64,000 nucleotides of DNA from an uncultured Gammaproteobacteria bacterium (GCA_964566225.1 CAZMHV010000004.1:248-64247), one strand, 5' to 3'; positions 42,660 to 53,599 are shown, counted from the first letter of the stretch. A program made the numbers and translations. Notes: generated by a model not told the origin, from the sequence alone.

Positions 42660-43010
42660 ATGAGCCAAAAGCCTCGTGAGCAAAATGAAAGTTTTGCCGA
42701 AGTTGGCTTGAAGCTTATGAAGGAATGTCCGCTGTGTGGTAAAAATTATACAGCTCCTTCCCTCAAAGTTATTGAGCAACAAAAAGATACCCGGTTGGTA
42801 CACTGTACTTGTCAGCACTGCAAACAGTCGCTTTTGGCAGTCATTGTGACCACTCGTTTGGGGGTGAGTTCCATTGGTATCCTCACAGATCTCACCATCT
42901 CTGATGTCTACTCGTTTCAAAACAAAAATCCAATCTGTGAAAATGATATTTTGGATTTTCATCAATTTTTAGAAAAAAATACCAAACAATTTAGTCAATT
43001 ATTTAAATAA
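42660..43010 (+). CDS. small Cys4 (zinc-ribbon-like) protein
   Basis: CPLCGKNYT...CTCQHCKQS pairs of CxxC. 116 aa. Confidence 0.4.
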   Translation: MSQKPREQNESFAEVGLKLMKECPLCGKNYTAPSLKVIEQQKDTRLVHCTCQHCKQSLLAVIVTTRLGVSSIGILTDLTISDVYSFQNKNPICENDILDFHQFLEKNTKQFSQLFK

Positions 43011-43016
43011 TATTTT

Positions 43017-43688
43017 ATGTCATTTGCTATTTCTGCAACGAAGCGTACCGCTGAAGCACAAATGGTGCGCGCCGAAGGAAAAGTTCCTGCTGTTTTGTAT
43101 GGACCTGGTGTACAACCAGTTTCTGTAACAGTTGCTTACAATGATTTTGATAAAGTGTATAAAGAAGCTGGAGAATCAACTCTGGTAGACTTTAGTATTG
43201 ATGGTGGTAAATCTGCCAAGGTCCTTATTCAGGATGTTCAGTACGATCCACTCACTCGCCGTGTTTCACACATTGATTTCCGTCAAATTCGTATGGATCA
43301 AGAAATTGAAGCTGCGGTAGAACTTGTGTTTGTAGGTGTTGCTCCTGCGGTAAAAGAACAAGGTGGTACCCTTACGACAACTCTGTCTGAAGTGTATATC
43401 AAATGTTTGCCAGAAAACTTGATGACTACCGTTGAAGTAGATCTTTCGACTTTGAAAACATTAGAAGATACTATTTATATCAAAGATTTGAAATTTCCTG
43501 CAGGCGTTGTTTGTACTGAAGAACCAGATACTTTGGTTGCCAAAGTTGCTGCGTCTCTTACTGAAGATCAAATCAAGGCTATGGAAGAAAAGAATGCTGC
43601 TCCAGTGGATTTGAGTAAGATTGAAATTTCAGAAGATCGTGGTAAGAAAGAAGAAGACAAAGAAGCTGAAGGTGACAAAAAAGAATAA
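43017..43688 (+). CDS. rplY: 50S ribosomal protein L25 / general stress protein Ctc
   Basis: N-terminus R..GKVPAVLYGPG and two-domain L25/Ctc architecture with acidic C-tail. 223 aa. Confidence 0.8.
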   Translation: MSFAISATKRTAEAQMVRAEGKVPAVLYGPGVQPVSVTVAYNDFDKVYKEAGESTLVDFSIDGGKSAKVLIQDVQYDPLTRRVSHIDFRQIRMDQEIEAAVELVFVGVAPAVKEQGGTLTTTLSEVYIKCLPENLMTTVEVDLSTLKTLEDTIYIKDLKFPAGVVCTEEPDTLVAKVAASLTEDQIKAMEEKNAAPVDLSKIEISEDRGKKEEDKEAEGDKKE

Positions 43689-43754
43689 TTTCTCTGAAGA
43701 AATAAAAAGACCCGCTGTAAAAGGCGGGTTTTTTGTTGTATACTATGGAGTACT

Positions 43755-44891
43755 ATGAAAAAGAAAAAACAAACATCGATAAAAAAACTTGAAAATACTA
43801 GAGAGCGTGCAAAAATTTTAGATAAAAAAATAAATTTCCAAAATTTTCTCTCTTTTTCTGTTGTCTTGGGAATATTGTTGGGTACAATTTTTTTAATTTT
43901 TTATACCAAGAATTCCCAAAATACGAAAACTTCTGTATTGACTGAGATAGGTTTGACAACAAGTACTCTTGAGTCTGTTGGATCAGAGATAACCTGTACC
44001 TTTCATCGTAGTCTCGATGGTGTTTGTGTGAATACTCAAAATGAAGTAAATCCACCCATTGTAGGTGTCATGGTTGAAAATTCACTTGATGCGCAGCCGC
44101 TCTCAGGTATTTCACATGCACAGGTTGTGTACGAGGCTCCTGCCGAGGGCAATATTCCACGTTTTCTTGCTATCTTTCCTTTGGATGCACAGGTAAAAAA
44201 AGTTGGTCCGGTTCGTAGTGCTCGACCCTATTATATTGATTGGTTGAGTGCTTATGGTGATGCCATGTATATGCATGTGGGTGGCTCGCCTGAGGCATTG
44301 CAACAAATTCGTGACTATGGCTTGTTTGATATGAATGAAATGTATAATGCCAAGTCATTTTGGCGTGCAAATAATCGATTTGCTCCACACAATACCTACA
44401 CGTCTTCAGATTTATGGAGTACTGCACACGAAAAAAATATTGATGAATTTAAAAATGATGAATATACTGCGTGGCAGTATGATCAAAAAGAACGTTGCAA
44501 AAGTAATTGTATTGAACATCTACAGCTCGGGTTTTCTCCGGCTTACACTATTGTTTGGAAGTATAACCAAGAGAGTGGCTTGTTTGAACGTTTATTGAAT
44601 GGTCGAATTCAAAAGGATGAAGATGGAACTGTATACACGGCCAATAATGTTATTGTACAAGAAACAAAAATAACGATACTTGACGAAGTGGGACGAAAAA
44701 AAATTACCACGATTGGTGAGGGGAATGCCACAATTTTGAGTGGGGGAAGAGCTACTGTCGGAACTTGGAAAAAGAAAAGTAGAACCGCACCAACACAGTG
44801 GTTTGACGAAGTTGGAAATGAAATGAAACTGGCTCCAGGGAAAACATGGGTTGAGGTTGTGGAGTCGCACATGGTCCTAGAGATGAAATAA
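43755..44891 (+). CDS. DUF3048-like secreted/anchored protein (YerB-like)
   Basis: N-terminal anchor, then a domain with PVRSARPYYIDW and GNIPRFLAIF motifs resembling DUF3048. Confidence 0.5.
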   Translation: MKKKKQTSIKKLENTRERAKILDKKINFQNFLSFSVVLGILLGTIFLIFYTKNSQNTKTSVLTEIGLTTSTLESVGSEITCTFHRSLDGVCVNTQNEVNPPIVGVMVENSLDAQPLSGISHAQVVYEAPAEGNIPRFLAIFPLDAQVKKVGPVRSARPYYIDWLSAYGDAMYMHVGGSPEALQQIRDYGLFDMNEMYNAKSFWRANNRFAPHNTYTSSDLWSTAHEKNIDEFKNDEYTAWQYDQKERCKSNCIEHLQLGFSPAYTIVWKYNQESGLFERLLNGRIQKDEDGTVYTANNVIVQETKITILDEVGRKKITTIGEGNATILSGGRATVGTWKKKSRTAPTQWFDEVGNEMKLAPGKTWVEVVESHMVLEMK

Positions 44892-44904
44892 GAAAATAAA
44901 TGGA

Positions 44905-44934
44905 AAAGACCATCCACACAGGATGGTCTTTTTA
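44905..44934. terminator. bidirectional intrinsic terminator
   Basis: AAGACCATCC-ACACA-GGATGGTCTT with flanking A-run and T-run, between convergent genes. Confidence 0.6.
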
Positions 44935-44956
44935 GAGATCAATAAGATTTCGATGT

Positions 44957-45784
44957 TTAGTCAAGTGCTTGTACTTCTCGAACCGCTGTATTGATGATAT
45001 CTCTCAGAGTATTATAAGCATCTAAAAATTTTGGATCTGAAGAAAGTTGTATTTGGCTTTTGTAGAGACTATCTTCAATTTGCGCTCTTTTTGTTTCAAG
45101 CGTGCTCAACTCTTTGTTTGCATAAAATACATCATTTTCTGTTGAATCTGGATTTTTTATGATATTGAGGTTTTCTTGCATTTGCCGAAGCGTTGTATTT
45201 AACTCAGTACCAAGTTTGGCATATGGCTGTGAAAAAGCATCGAGTTCATCTGGGACGTGTTGCTTTCCTTGGATATATTCTTGAACCTCTTTTACTTGGG
45301 AGGCTTTGATATTTTCAAAGACTCTTGGTTGATTTCCTGAAAAAGGGATAGTTTTTCCTTGCATGTCTAAGTGAGGTTTTGTATTCCAGTCACCCATGGT
45401 ATATTTATTGCGTGTATAAAATTGTAAGAGGTCCTGCGCAAGTGGTCTCATGGACTGTGGAATATTTGTGGCTGCTTCAAGGGAGGCAAGTGCTTTTGTC
45501 TCGATTTCTTCTTTTTCAATTTGTCTCTTTTCTGTTTGGAGTTTTTGTATTGCGGCTTCAAGGGAAATAATTTCACTTTGGAGGTCGTCTATTTCGGCTT
45601 GTGTTGCTGGGTCGTTTGTTTCAAGGGCTTGTAACTCTGTAAGTTCCTGTCTTGTCCCTGCGAGACTTTCTGCTTGTGCGGCAAGAATGGAGGTTATAAA
45701 TTCTTTAGTGAGTTTTTCTGGGTTTTGTGTCTCTGGCTTGAAGTCTACTCCTTGTTCTGCTTGATTCAATTCTCCTTTTGACAT
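44957..45784 (-). CDS. coiled-coil hypothetical protein
   Basis: 275 aa, heptad-rich with Gln/Glu/Leu/Lys, no TM. Confidence 0.45.
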   Translation of the reverse strand: MSKGELNQAEQGVDFKPETQNPEKLTKEFITSILAAQAESLAGTRQELTELQALETNDPATQAEIDDLQSEIISLEAAIQKLQTEKRQIEKEEIETKALASLEAATNIPQSMRPLAQDLLQFYTRNKYTMGDWNTKPHLDMQGKTIPFSGNQPRVFENIKASQVKEVQEYIQGKQHVPDELDAFSQPYAKLGTELNTTLRQMQENLNIIKNPDSTENDVFYANKELSTLETKRAQIEDSLYKSQIQLSSDPKFLDAYNTLRDIINTAVREVQALD

Positions 45785-45830
45785 ATAACTAAATTTTATC
45801 TATACTAAAAAAGTTTTTAATTGTTTTCGT

Positions 45831-45989
45831 ATGAAAGCTCAGTATGGTCATATTGTAGAAGATTTACAAAAAATTATCAAGAGAGTTCAAGATTTACAAA
45901 AAAAGAAAGGGGATATAAGAAAAAAAGTTATTGCTCAAAAAGATAGCATTGAAATTGATCGACTTCGAAAGATTATTGAAACGCAATAA
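45831..45989 (+). CDS. small 52-aa basic protein (not in ORF track, below its length cutoff)
   Basis: ATG...TAA frame in an intergenic gap. Internal direct repeat AGATTTACAAAAAA x2, followed by a strong bidirectional terminator. Confidence 0.3.
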   Translation: MKAQYGHIVEDLQKIIKRVQDLQKKKGDIRKKVIAQKDSIEIDRLRKIIETQ

Positions 45990-46002
45990 AAAGACAAAAT
46001 AA

Positions 46003-46033
46003 AAAGACCACTCATTTAAGAGTGGTCTTTTGT
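46003..46033. terminator. bidirectional intrinsic terminator
   Basis: AAAGACCACTC-ATTTAA-GAGTGGTCTTT plus T-run, between the small ORF and convergent gyrA. Confidence 0.6.
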
Positions 46034-46038
46034 TTGGT

Positions 46039-48519
46039 TTAGAGGAGTGTAATACTCGCTACACAGTCTCCGTCTTCTTTGAATCGCATAATGCGCACGC
46101 CTTGTGTGGCACGGCCCAGCGTTGAGATTGATTTCAATGGAATGCGGACGACTTGTCCGTTCTTTGAAATAATGAGGAGGTCTTGTTCTTCGGTGTTGTT
46201 GATAATTTGTGCACTCATGAGTGGGCCAGTTTTATCGGTAATGTTCATGGTTTTAATTCCACTGCCACCACGTCCTTGCACTTTGTATTCACTAATTTCC
46301 GTACGTTTTCCAAGACCGTTTTTGGAAACTACCAAAAGTTCAAGCACCTTTTTCTTGACCAGTTCGGGTGACACCACATCCATACCTACAATTTGGTCAT
46401 TGGATTTGAGGCGGATACCACGTACACCAGCTGCGGTGCGGCCCATGCCACGAACCACAGACTCTTTGAAGCGAATCGCTTGACCATCTGAAGTCGCAAG
46501 CACAATGTCGTCACTGCCACTTGATGGGCGTACCCATTCGAGGAAGTCATCACTGTGGAGTTTGAGAGCAATGATTCCTGATCGACGAACATTTTCAAAG
46601 TCAGAAAGTGCAGTCTTTTTGATGGTTCCTTGGGTGGTTACCATCACCAAATATTTGTACACACTCACGTCTTCCATGGAGAGCATGGCGGAGATCTTTT
46701 CATTTGGTGCGAGCTGCAAGAAGTTCACCAGTGCCTGACCTTTGGCAGTACGACTGCCTTGTGGAATGTCATAGGCATGGAGTTGGAACACACGTCCACG
46801 AGTGGTGAAGAACAAAATATTGTCGTGGGTGTTGGTGGTAATAAGTTCTTGCACCACATCTTCTTCTTTGGTAGTTACACCAATGACACCCTTGCCACCA
46901 CGACCCTGCAGTTTGAATGTGTCTGGAGGGAGACGTTTGATGTAGCCGTCGGCTGTGGTCATGATAATGGTTGGTTCATTTGGTACTAAGTCTTCAATGG
47001 TAAATTCTTTCACGCCATGTGCCACAATTTTGGTACGACGGTCATCCCCAAATTTTTCTTTCACTTCAAGGGTTTCTTTTTTGATGATATTCAAAATCTT
47101 TTTTGGACTTGCCAAAATTGCTTCCATTTCTGCAATAAACGCCATTTTTTCTTTGAGTTCGTCTTCAATTCTTTTGCGTTCGAGGTTAGCGAGTTGTTGC
47201 AAGCGCATTTCCAAAATAGCGACCGTTTGACGATCGGTAAATTTAAATTTACTCATCAGGTTTACTTTGGCTTCGTCTTTGTCTTTGGACTTGCGAATGG
47301 TTTCAATTACTTGGTCAATGTGGTCAAGTGCTTTTTTGAGACCTTCGAGAATATGGGCACGTTCTTTGGCTTTGTCGAGATCAAATTGCGTACGACGAGT
47401 AATCACTTCTTGGCGGTGTTTTACAAATTCTTCAAGAACACTCTTGATATTGAGTACGCGTGGCTGAATACCATCAACGAGCGCGAGCAAGTTCACGTGG
47501 AAAGTGGTTTGCAAATCAGTCATTTTGTAGAGTTGATTCAACACTTTTTTGGGATACGCATCTTTTTTGAGTTCAATTACAATGCGAACACCATCTTTGT
47601 TGGATTCATCACGCAAATCTTTGATACTTTCAATTTTCTTTTCTTGTACCAAGGTCGCGATTTTTTCAATAAGTACGGCTTTGTTTACTTGGTAAGGAAC
47701 TTCGGTCACAATAATGCGAAATTGATCACCCTTGCCTTCTTCAATATCTGCTTTGGCACGAACCACAATGCCACCACGACCAGTGGAGTAGGCTGCTGTA
47801 ATGTCTGCTTTGTTGTACATGATGCCACCGGTAGGGAAGTCTGGTCCTTTGATGTATTCCATGAGGCCTTCGACAGAAATTTTGGGGTCTTCAATCAGTG
47901 CCGCCACACCGTCACAGAGTTCTGTGAGGTTGTGTGGAGGAATGTTGGTTGCCATACCAACCGCAATACCCATGGAACCATTCAAGAGTAAGTTTGGAAG
48001 TTTACTTGGAAGTACACGAGGTTCGTTGTGTGAGCCATCGTAGGTAGGACTAAAGTTGACCGTGTTTTTTTCAATGTCACTGAGCATTTCTTCGGCAATG
48101 GCTTGGAGTTTGGCTTCGGTATAACGCATGGCCGCAGCAGAGTCGCCATCCATAGAACCAAAGTTTCCTTGACCAAACACCAACTGGTAGCGCATAGAAA
48201 AGTCTTGCGCCATACGTACCATGGAATCATAAATAGCGGCATCTCCGTGTGGATGGTACTTGGCCATCACTTCACCGACTACGTGTGCAGATTTACGAAA
48301 TTTGGCACTGTGTTTGAGACCAATTTTCCACATGGCATACAAAATACGACGGTGTACTGGTTTCAAACCATCACGCACATCTGGCAGTGCACGCGATACA
48401 ATCACACTCATGGCATAGTCAAGGTATGAGGTCTGCAGTTCATCAATAATTTGAATGGGTTCAACTTTTCCAACTGGGTTAAAGTCTGTGAGCTGTGGTT
48501 GGTTTGGATTTTTCTTCAT
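46039..48519 (-). CDS. gyrA: DNA gyrase subunit A
   Basis: Active-site Tyr region (AAMRYTEA), GyrA-box-containing C-terminal beta-pinwheel repeats. 826 aa. Confidence 0.95.
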   Translation of the reverse strand: MKKNPNQPQLTDFNPVGKVEPIQIIDELQTSYLDYAMSVIVSRALPDVRDGLKPVHRRILYAMWKIGLKHSAKFRKSAHVVGEVMAKYHPHGDAAIYDSMVRMAQDFSMRYQLVFGQGNFGSMDGDSAAAMRYTEAKLQAIAEEMLSDIEKNTVNFSPTYDGSHNEPRVLPSKLPNLLLNGSMGIAVGMATNIPPHNLTELCDGVAALIEDPKISVEGLMEYIKGPDFPTGGIMYNKADITAAYSTGRGGIVVRAKADIEEGKGDQFRIIVTEVPYQVNKAVLIEKIATLVQEKKIESIKDLRDESNKDGVRIVIELKKDAYPKKVLNQLYKMTDLQTTFHVNLLALVDGIQPRVLNIKSVLEEFVKHRQEVITRRTQFDLDKAKERAHILEGLKKALDHIDQVIETIRKSKDKDEAKVNLMSKFKFTDRQTVAILEMRLQQLANLERKRIEDELKEKMAFIAEMEAILASPKKILNIIKKETLEVKEKFGDDRRTKIVAHGVKEFTIEDLVPNEPTIIMTTADGYIKRLPPDTFKLQGRGGKGVIGVTTKEEDVVQELITTNTHDNILFFTTRGRVFQLHAYDIPQGSRTAKGQALVNFLQLAPNEKISAMLSMEDVSVYKYLVMVTTQGTIKKTALSDFENVRRSGIIALKLHSDDFLEWVRPSSGSDDIVLATSDGQAIRFKESVVRGMGRTAAGVRGIRLKSNDQIVGMDVVSPELVKKKVLELLVVSKNGLGKRTEISEYKVQGRGGSGIKTMNITDKTGPLMSAQIINNTEEQDLLIISKNGQVVRIPLKSISTLGRATQGVRIMRFKEDGDCVASITLL

Positions 48520-48536
48520 AGATCAAATTTAATGTG

Positions 48537-49190
48537 TCATTCTGATGTAGTTGTTGAGGTAAGTGTTGATGTGGTTACTGCAGGAGTACTTGTGGCGGTT
48601 TCAATGGTGGATGTACTTGCAGAAGAACTCACAAACGACGATAAATTTTGTACTAAAATATTTTTGATTTCTTCTTCGGAAAGTTCTTGTTGGGTTGATT
48701 CTTTGGAAAAAAACTGATCGTGTTCTTGTTCTTTTTGTTTTTTTCTGGGTTCACTTACGAGGTTGGTAAAATCAGATTTTCCTATCTGCCAGAGACTTTC
48801 ATCGCTTCCTTTGTGAAATTTCGCATTGGTAAATTGAAATTGCACATTGATAACCCAGAGTACCGCAATAAAAATCATGGTAATCCCTACTACGGTATTG
48901 AGCAAAAAACGTTTTTTTCTTTCAAGCTGCGACGACGTATACCTGTGTGTTTTGTTCCCTCCATGCGGTGAGGGGGTAGGGGGTGGTGTCGTCTCAGTAA
49001 AAGGTTCTGTTACGTTTTGTGTCAAAAGACGGGGAAGTGAGTCCACGGCCTGGCGTATGTGTGCCCGTTCTTCACGAGAAATTTTTTTTACTCCATTTTT
49101 GGTGAGTAAATTTTTTTGTTTTGATTCCTGTGATTTTTTGGGTGAACGTTTGGCTGCACTTTTTTGAGTTGTAATTTTTTTGACAGGCAT
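48537..49190 (-). CDS. hypothetical single-TM protein with basic N-terminus and Ser/Thr-rich C-tail
   Basis: 217 aa with TM at VVGITMIFIAVLWVINV. Only 18 nt from the gyrA start, so likely co-transcribed. Confidence 0.45.
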   Translation of the reverse strand: MPVKKITTQKSAAKRSPKKSQESKQKNLLTKNGVKKISREERAHIRQAVDSLPRLLTQNVTEPFTETTPPPTPSPHGGNKTHRYTSSQLERKKRFLLNTVVGITMIFIAVLWVINVQFQFTNAKFHKGSDESLWQIGKSDFTNLVSEPRKKQKEQEHDQFFSKESTQQELSEEEIKNILVQNLSSFVSSSASTSTIETATSTPAVTTSTLTSTTTSE

Positions 49191-49218
49191 ATACTTGGTA
49201 TTTCTTTTCCGTAGAATG

Positions 49219-49833
49219 TTATTCTTTTTCGAGCAATATAACTTTCATTTCATCGGCAGGTAAATCTTTTTTCTTTAAAATTACTTTTGTTTGGGGTTCT
49301 TGTGCTTGTAAACCAATAGCTTTTATAAAGTTACTGACATCTGCTGCGTTGGGATTGTTGTCACTTTTATACGCCATTGGAATAACGATTCGAGGCTCAA
49401 TAGCATTTACTACTTTTACTGCTGTTTCAGCGTCATAACAATTTTCACCACCAACCGGTACAAATAAAATATCAACACCAGTAACAATATCAAGTTCTTC
49501 GTCGTTCAAAGATTTTTGAGCCAGTCCAAGGTGTCCAATACTGAGCTGTTCGGCATCAATACGAAGCAATGTTTGGCCAGGTGTTTGGCTGGTAGCCGCA
49601 GTAATGAGAACGCCTTTGGTTTCACATTCTCCTGGGGAGGTAAGTACAAAAGGATTTCCAGAGAGAGTCATGAGATTTTCTTCACCTTGGCTTCCTACCA
49701 CAACATCTGCTGTGAGACTTCGTGGAAATTCTCCTGCTTTTGGCTTATACGGATCAAGCAGAATAACAACATCGTCAGCAAGAGGTTTGGCTTGTATTTT
49801 GAGGGTGGTTCCGCCGAGCCATGATATATGCAT
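49219..49833 (-). CDS. UPF0173-like metal-dependent hydrolase (metallo-beta-lactamase fold)
   Basis: N-terminus MHISWLGGTTLKIQ and C-terminal IPMAYKSD resemble the short MBL-fold hydrolase family. 204 aa. Confidence 0.5.
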   Translation of the reverse strand: MHISWLGGTTLKIQAKPLADDVVILLDPYKPKAGEFPRSLTADVVVGSQGEENLMTLSGNPFVLTSPGECETKGVLITAATSQTPGQTLLRIDAEQLSIGHLGLAQKSLNDEELDIVTGVDILFVPVGGENCYDAETAVKVVNAIEPRIVIPMAYKSDNNPNAADVSNFIKAIGLQAQEPQTKVILKKKDLPADEMKVILLEKE

Positions 49834-49905
49834 ACATTCAAGAAAATTAGGATTTTAATCCCTCATAGTATACTCTGTTTAAAATCTCTTTGCAAGCTAA
49901 AAAGG

Positions 49906-49938
49906 AATAAAAAATCACCGGTATTTGACCGGTGATTT
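49906..49938 (-). terminator. intrinsic terminator after the 702-aa gene (minus strand)
   Basis: ATCACCGG-TATTTGA-CCGGTGAT with a T-run on the minus strand. Confidence 0.55.
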
Positions 49939-49956
49939 ATATATTTTTGTGGTGGA

Positions 49957-52065
49957 TTATCTTGTTTGACTCGCTCTGGTTACTTTTACATATTGGTAAC
50001 CACTCCAGGTAGATTTGCCTGTTTTGTCCCATACTTTGGCACCATAACTAACACTGGTTCCAGAGTATTTTGGATAACTGCCAGAAACTTCACAAGTAGT
50101 AGTACCAGTACAAGTTTTTACTACACGAGCGTTGACATACATGTCAATTTTTTTGATACCATTTTCGTCACTGGTATTTGCTTTGAAGGTAACGGTTTGA
50201 TTGGCTGGAATACTGCTGCTTGATGCTGAAACATTTAAGACTGGTGCATTATTGACTACTGGTCTTGCTGTGACAGAAATTGTTTTACTGTCAGAACTTC
50301 CACCCATACCTGTGCGGTTGTCCCAAGCAATGGTCCATACTTTGACAGATTGACCTGCATGTCCGGTAAATGGTCCAATAGTAAGTGAACAAGTTTGAAC
50401 ACTATTTGCAGTGGTAGTCAAGATACATGTTCGAGAAATAGTTTCGTTTGACCAACTTGGCAGAGCACGAACTTCCATGCCCCAGATTCCGTTTTGACTG
50501 GTAGCACGTCCGGTTACGACCATGGTTTTATCTTCTTGCACTGAGTAAGAATATACTTGTGTTTCTACCCATGGAGCAACAGAAGGATTATAGTTATCAA
50601 TAGGGTATGGATAGTAGCCACTGTTGTTTCCTACGGTAAAGGTAAAGAATTGTGAATACACGCGGTGTCCGTTGGTATCAAGTACGTCAGCCCAGACATC
50701 AAAAGATTGGCCAATGTAGCTGTTGAAGTTACTAATATCGAGAGTACATGTGGCGTTATGGGTATTGTATCCAAGGTCACAGGTGCGGTTAAATGTATAT
50801 TGAGAATACATGTTGCCATAACCATTCCAATATTGGCGTGGAACTACATTGACACTCATACGTGAGAGTCCTTCGTTGTCCCAACCATCAGCACGAATAC
50901 TGAGTCCTTGGTTTGGAGCAACAGTAGAAGGAATTTTGGCTGGATCAATATAAATACCCGGAAGTTGATCATTTGAAGAAACATTTCCGTTTGAAGTATT
51001 ACCAACACGCATGCTATAAATATTTGAAACAGCACGTTGACCGTTGGTATCAATTACTTCTGCCCAAACATAGAGATTTTGGTTGGCAAAGTTTTGAAAG
51101 TTGGCAATATCAAGAGTACAGGAAAGATTGTGGAGTACTGTGTAGCAGTGACGACTAAAAGGGAATTGGTAGGTATCGTTTGAAGTAAACCCGTCCCCAA
51201 TATAACTTTGTCGTGTCACATATACAGAAACACGGTTGACACCTTCGTTGTCCCAACCATCGGCACGAATGTGAACGGTTGAGTTCACGCCAACTTGTTC
51301 TGGAATTGTTCCACGATCAAGGTAAACACCAGGCATTTGATTGCCTGAGGTTTGTGGAAAGTTACCACGAACATGAACCGTGATACGACTTGAGTACCCA
51401 GTATTGCCTTCGGCATCAGTAGCACGGGCTTCATAGGTATAGGTTTTGCCAGCATCACTACTACTAAATGTTGGATAAAAATTTGTGGTACAGTCAAATG
51501 GGTTGTTGTTACAGGTATTGGTCATTTGGAGTGCCCAGTCATCAACGCGGTAAATACGAACATCACGAATAACAGAGTTATCAGTAGCGCGGGATTGGAT
51601 ATACATTCCAGAGTTTGCAGTTGCGTCAACATCATAACTACTTGCAGATAAGGTAACGGTAGGAACCTGGTAGTTGTTATATCCATTGTTGTACGCGGCT
51701 ACACCCTGAAGACTCATGACTTGTGAATACAAAAGAGTGCCGTTGACATCATAGCCAACTGCTTGCAAAAAAGTAGTCCCGTTTTTTACAGAAGAAAGGG
51801 AGTAATAACAGGTATTTTGGATGGAACAACTTGCGAGCACAGAGTTTCCTTCACGAATTTCAATTCGGTTGAGGGTGCGGTAGTTGAGTGGGTATACCTG
51901 GGCAGTAAAGGATAACTGGGTTCCTGTCTGAACGGTCCAGTTGTTATTTGAATTGGTGAGAGTAATATAGGGAGCAGCATCAGCCTGTGAGTTTTGGATG
52001 CCAGTGGCCAAGGCCAAAATGGCAATAACGGTCACTCCTACTGTTCGCAGAAGGAATTTTTTCAT
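49957..52065 (-). CDS. large secreted protein with at least 3 tandem ~100-aa beta-rich repeat domains
   Basis: Signal peptide. Repeated blocks IRADGWDNEG(V/L) and CTLDI(A/S)NF...VWA(E/D)V(I/L)DTNG. Rich in Asn/Thr/Tyr. Confidence 0.6.
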   Translation of the reverse strand: MKKFLLRTVGVTVIAILALATGIQNSQADAAPYITLTNSNNNWTVQTGTQLSFTAQVYPLNYRTLNRIEIREGNSVLASCSIQNTCYYSLSSVKNGTTFLQAVGYDVNGTLLYSQVMSLQGVAAYNNGYNNYQVPTVTLSASSYDVDATANSGMYIQSRATDNSVIRDVRIYRVDDWALQMTNTCNNNPFDCTTNFYPTFSSSDAGKTYTYEARATDAEGNTGYSSRITVHVRGNFPQTSGNQMPGVYLDRGTIPEQVGVNSTVHIRADGWDNEGVNRVSVYVTRQSYIGDGFTSNDTYQFPFSRHCYTVLHNLSCTLDIANFQNFANQNLYVWAEVIDTNGQRAVSNIYSMRVGNTSNGNVSSNDQLPGIYIDPAKIPSTVAPNQGLSIRADGWDNEGLSRMSVNVVPRQYWNGYGNMYSQYTFNRTCDLGYNTHNATCTLDISNFNSYIGQSFDVWADVLDTNGHRVYSQFFTFTVGNNSGYYPYPIDNYNPSVAPWVETQVYSYSVQEDKTMVVTGRATSQNGIWGMEVRALPSWSNETISRTCILTTTANSVQTCSLTIGPFTGHAGQSVKVWTIAWDNRTGMGGSSDSKTISVTARPVVNNAPVLNVSASSSSIPANQTVTFKANTSDENGIKKIDMYVNARVVKTCTGTTTCEVSGSYPKYSGTSVSYGAKVWDKTGKSTWSGYQYVKVTRASQTR

Positions 52066-52272
52066 ACAGAAAATAGTTAAATAATCAAATTTTGCTTAAT
52101 TTAGCTTAAAATTATAGTTTTTGAATCTACTCCTACTAATAGTAGCACATTTTGGCGTAAAAGTCAAGTCTATTTTGGTGCAAAAATAAGCGAAATTTTG
52201 CTACAATATAAGCTTTTTTTTGAAAAATGTGCACTGTCTTTGACGTGTGGACAAGCACCTTCTTTCACCCCT

Positions 52273-52300
52273 TGCCAAAATAAAAAAATTTTGGTATACT
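52273..52300 (+). promoter_or_regulatory. promoter TTGCCA-N16-TGGTATACT upstream of rpsA, with ~140-nt leader
   Basis: Same extended -10 (TGGTATACT) as the promoter at 57370. Confidence 0.45.
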
Positions 52301-52438
52301 CGGCTCACTATCTATTATTTATAACCTCCTTTTTGAGCAAAAACAAAAAGAAGAGGTTCACTTATTCGCTGTTTGGCGAAGGGTTAATGTATACGGTAGC
52401 TTAGGGTTTGTACTCTTTGACTCCGTTTTTTTGTACTT

Positions 52439-53599
52439 ATGTCACAAAAACAAAATTTTGCAGATCTTTTGAAGGATCATATCATGAAACTTCCAAAGAA
52501 TGGTGAAATCGTAAAAGGAACTGTTATCTCTGTAGATAATGGTGCTGTTCGCCTTGATATTGGCGGTATTATTACTGGTATTATTCGCGGCAAAGAACTC
52601 TTTGCTGAATCTGCTGAATACACCAACATTAAAGTTGGTGATGAAGTAGAAGCCACTGTTCTTGAAGATGAAAACGAACACGGTGAAATGGAACTTTCTT
52701 TCCGCATTGCTGGCAAAGAACGTGTGTGGGACCGCATGGTGAAATACATGAAAGAAGGAATTTCTCTCAAAGCCAAAGTGGTTCAAGCCAACAAAGGTGG
52801 TCTTATGATGGTGGTAGATGCCCTCAATGGTTTTATGCCAGTTTCTCAGCTCTCACCAGATAACTACCCACGTGTTCCAGGTGGCGACAAAAACCGAATT
52901 CTCGAACATTTGCAGCAACTGATTGGCAAGGACATGACCGTAAAAGTGATTGACGTTGACCAAAAAGAAGACAAGCTGATTGTATCTGAAAAAGAAGTAT
53001 GGGAAGACGAACAAAAAGCTGTTCTTGACTCATACAAGATTGGTGACGTAGTAGAAGGTGAAATTTCTGCTCTTACATCATTTGGTGCATTCTTGAAATT
53101 TGGACAAGGCCTTGAAGGACTTATTCACATTTCAGAAATCGTATGGCAACGCATTGATCACCCGAAAGATGTGCTCAAAGTGGGTGACCGTGTGAAAGCA
53201 CAAATTATTGACCTCAACAAATCAAAGATTTACTTGTCTGTAAAAAGACTCGTAGACGATCCATGGAAACATGTGAAAGAAAAATATAAAGTTGGAGAAA
53301 TTGTAGAAGGAACCGTGCACAAAGTAGAACCATTTGGTCTCATGGTAAAACTCGATGACCAAATTCATGGACTTGCGCACATTTCTGAACTTTCTGATGC
53401 TCCAATGGCTGACGTCAAAGACGTTCGCGAGAAATTCCCAATTGGTTCCAAACATCGCTTTGAAGTGATGAACGTAGAACCAGCGGAACACCGCCTTGGT
53501 CTCAAGGTAGAAGGTGTAAAAGGAAAAGTTCGCGCTCCAAAAAAAGCTGAAGAAGCTGCGCCTGCTGAAGCTGCTGCAGAAGAAAAAGCTGCGGAATAA
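52439..53599 (+). CDS. rpsA: 30S ribosomal protein S1 (short 4-domain form)
   Basis: Four S1/OB repeats (GxV.G.V......GAFV-type) and an Ala/Glu-rich C-tail. 386 aa. Confidence 0.8.
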   Translation: MSQKQNFADLLKDHIMKLPKNGEIVKGTVISVDNGAVRLDIGGIITGIIRGKELFAESAEYTNIKVGDEVEATVLEDENEHGEMELSFRIAGKERVWDRMVKYMKEGISLKAKVVQANKGGLMMVVDALNGFMPVSQLSPDNYPRVPGGDKNRILEHLQQLIGKDMTVKVIDVDQKEDKLIVSEKEVWEDEQKAVLDSYKIGDVVEGEISALTSFGAFLKFGQGLEGLIHISEIVWQRIDHPKDVLKVGDRVKAQIIDLNKSKIYLSVKRLVDDPWKHVKEKYKVGEIVEGTVHKVEPFGLMVKLDDQIHGLAHISELSDAPMADVKDVREKFPIGSKHRFEVMNVEPAEHRLGLKVEGVKGKVRAPKKAEEAAPAEAAAEEKAAE

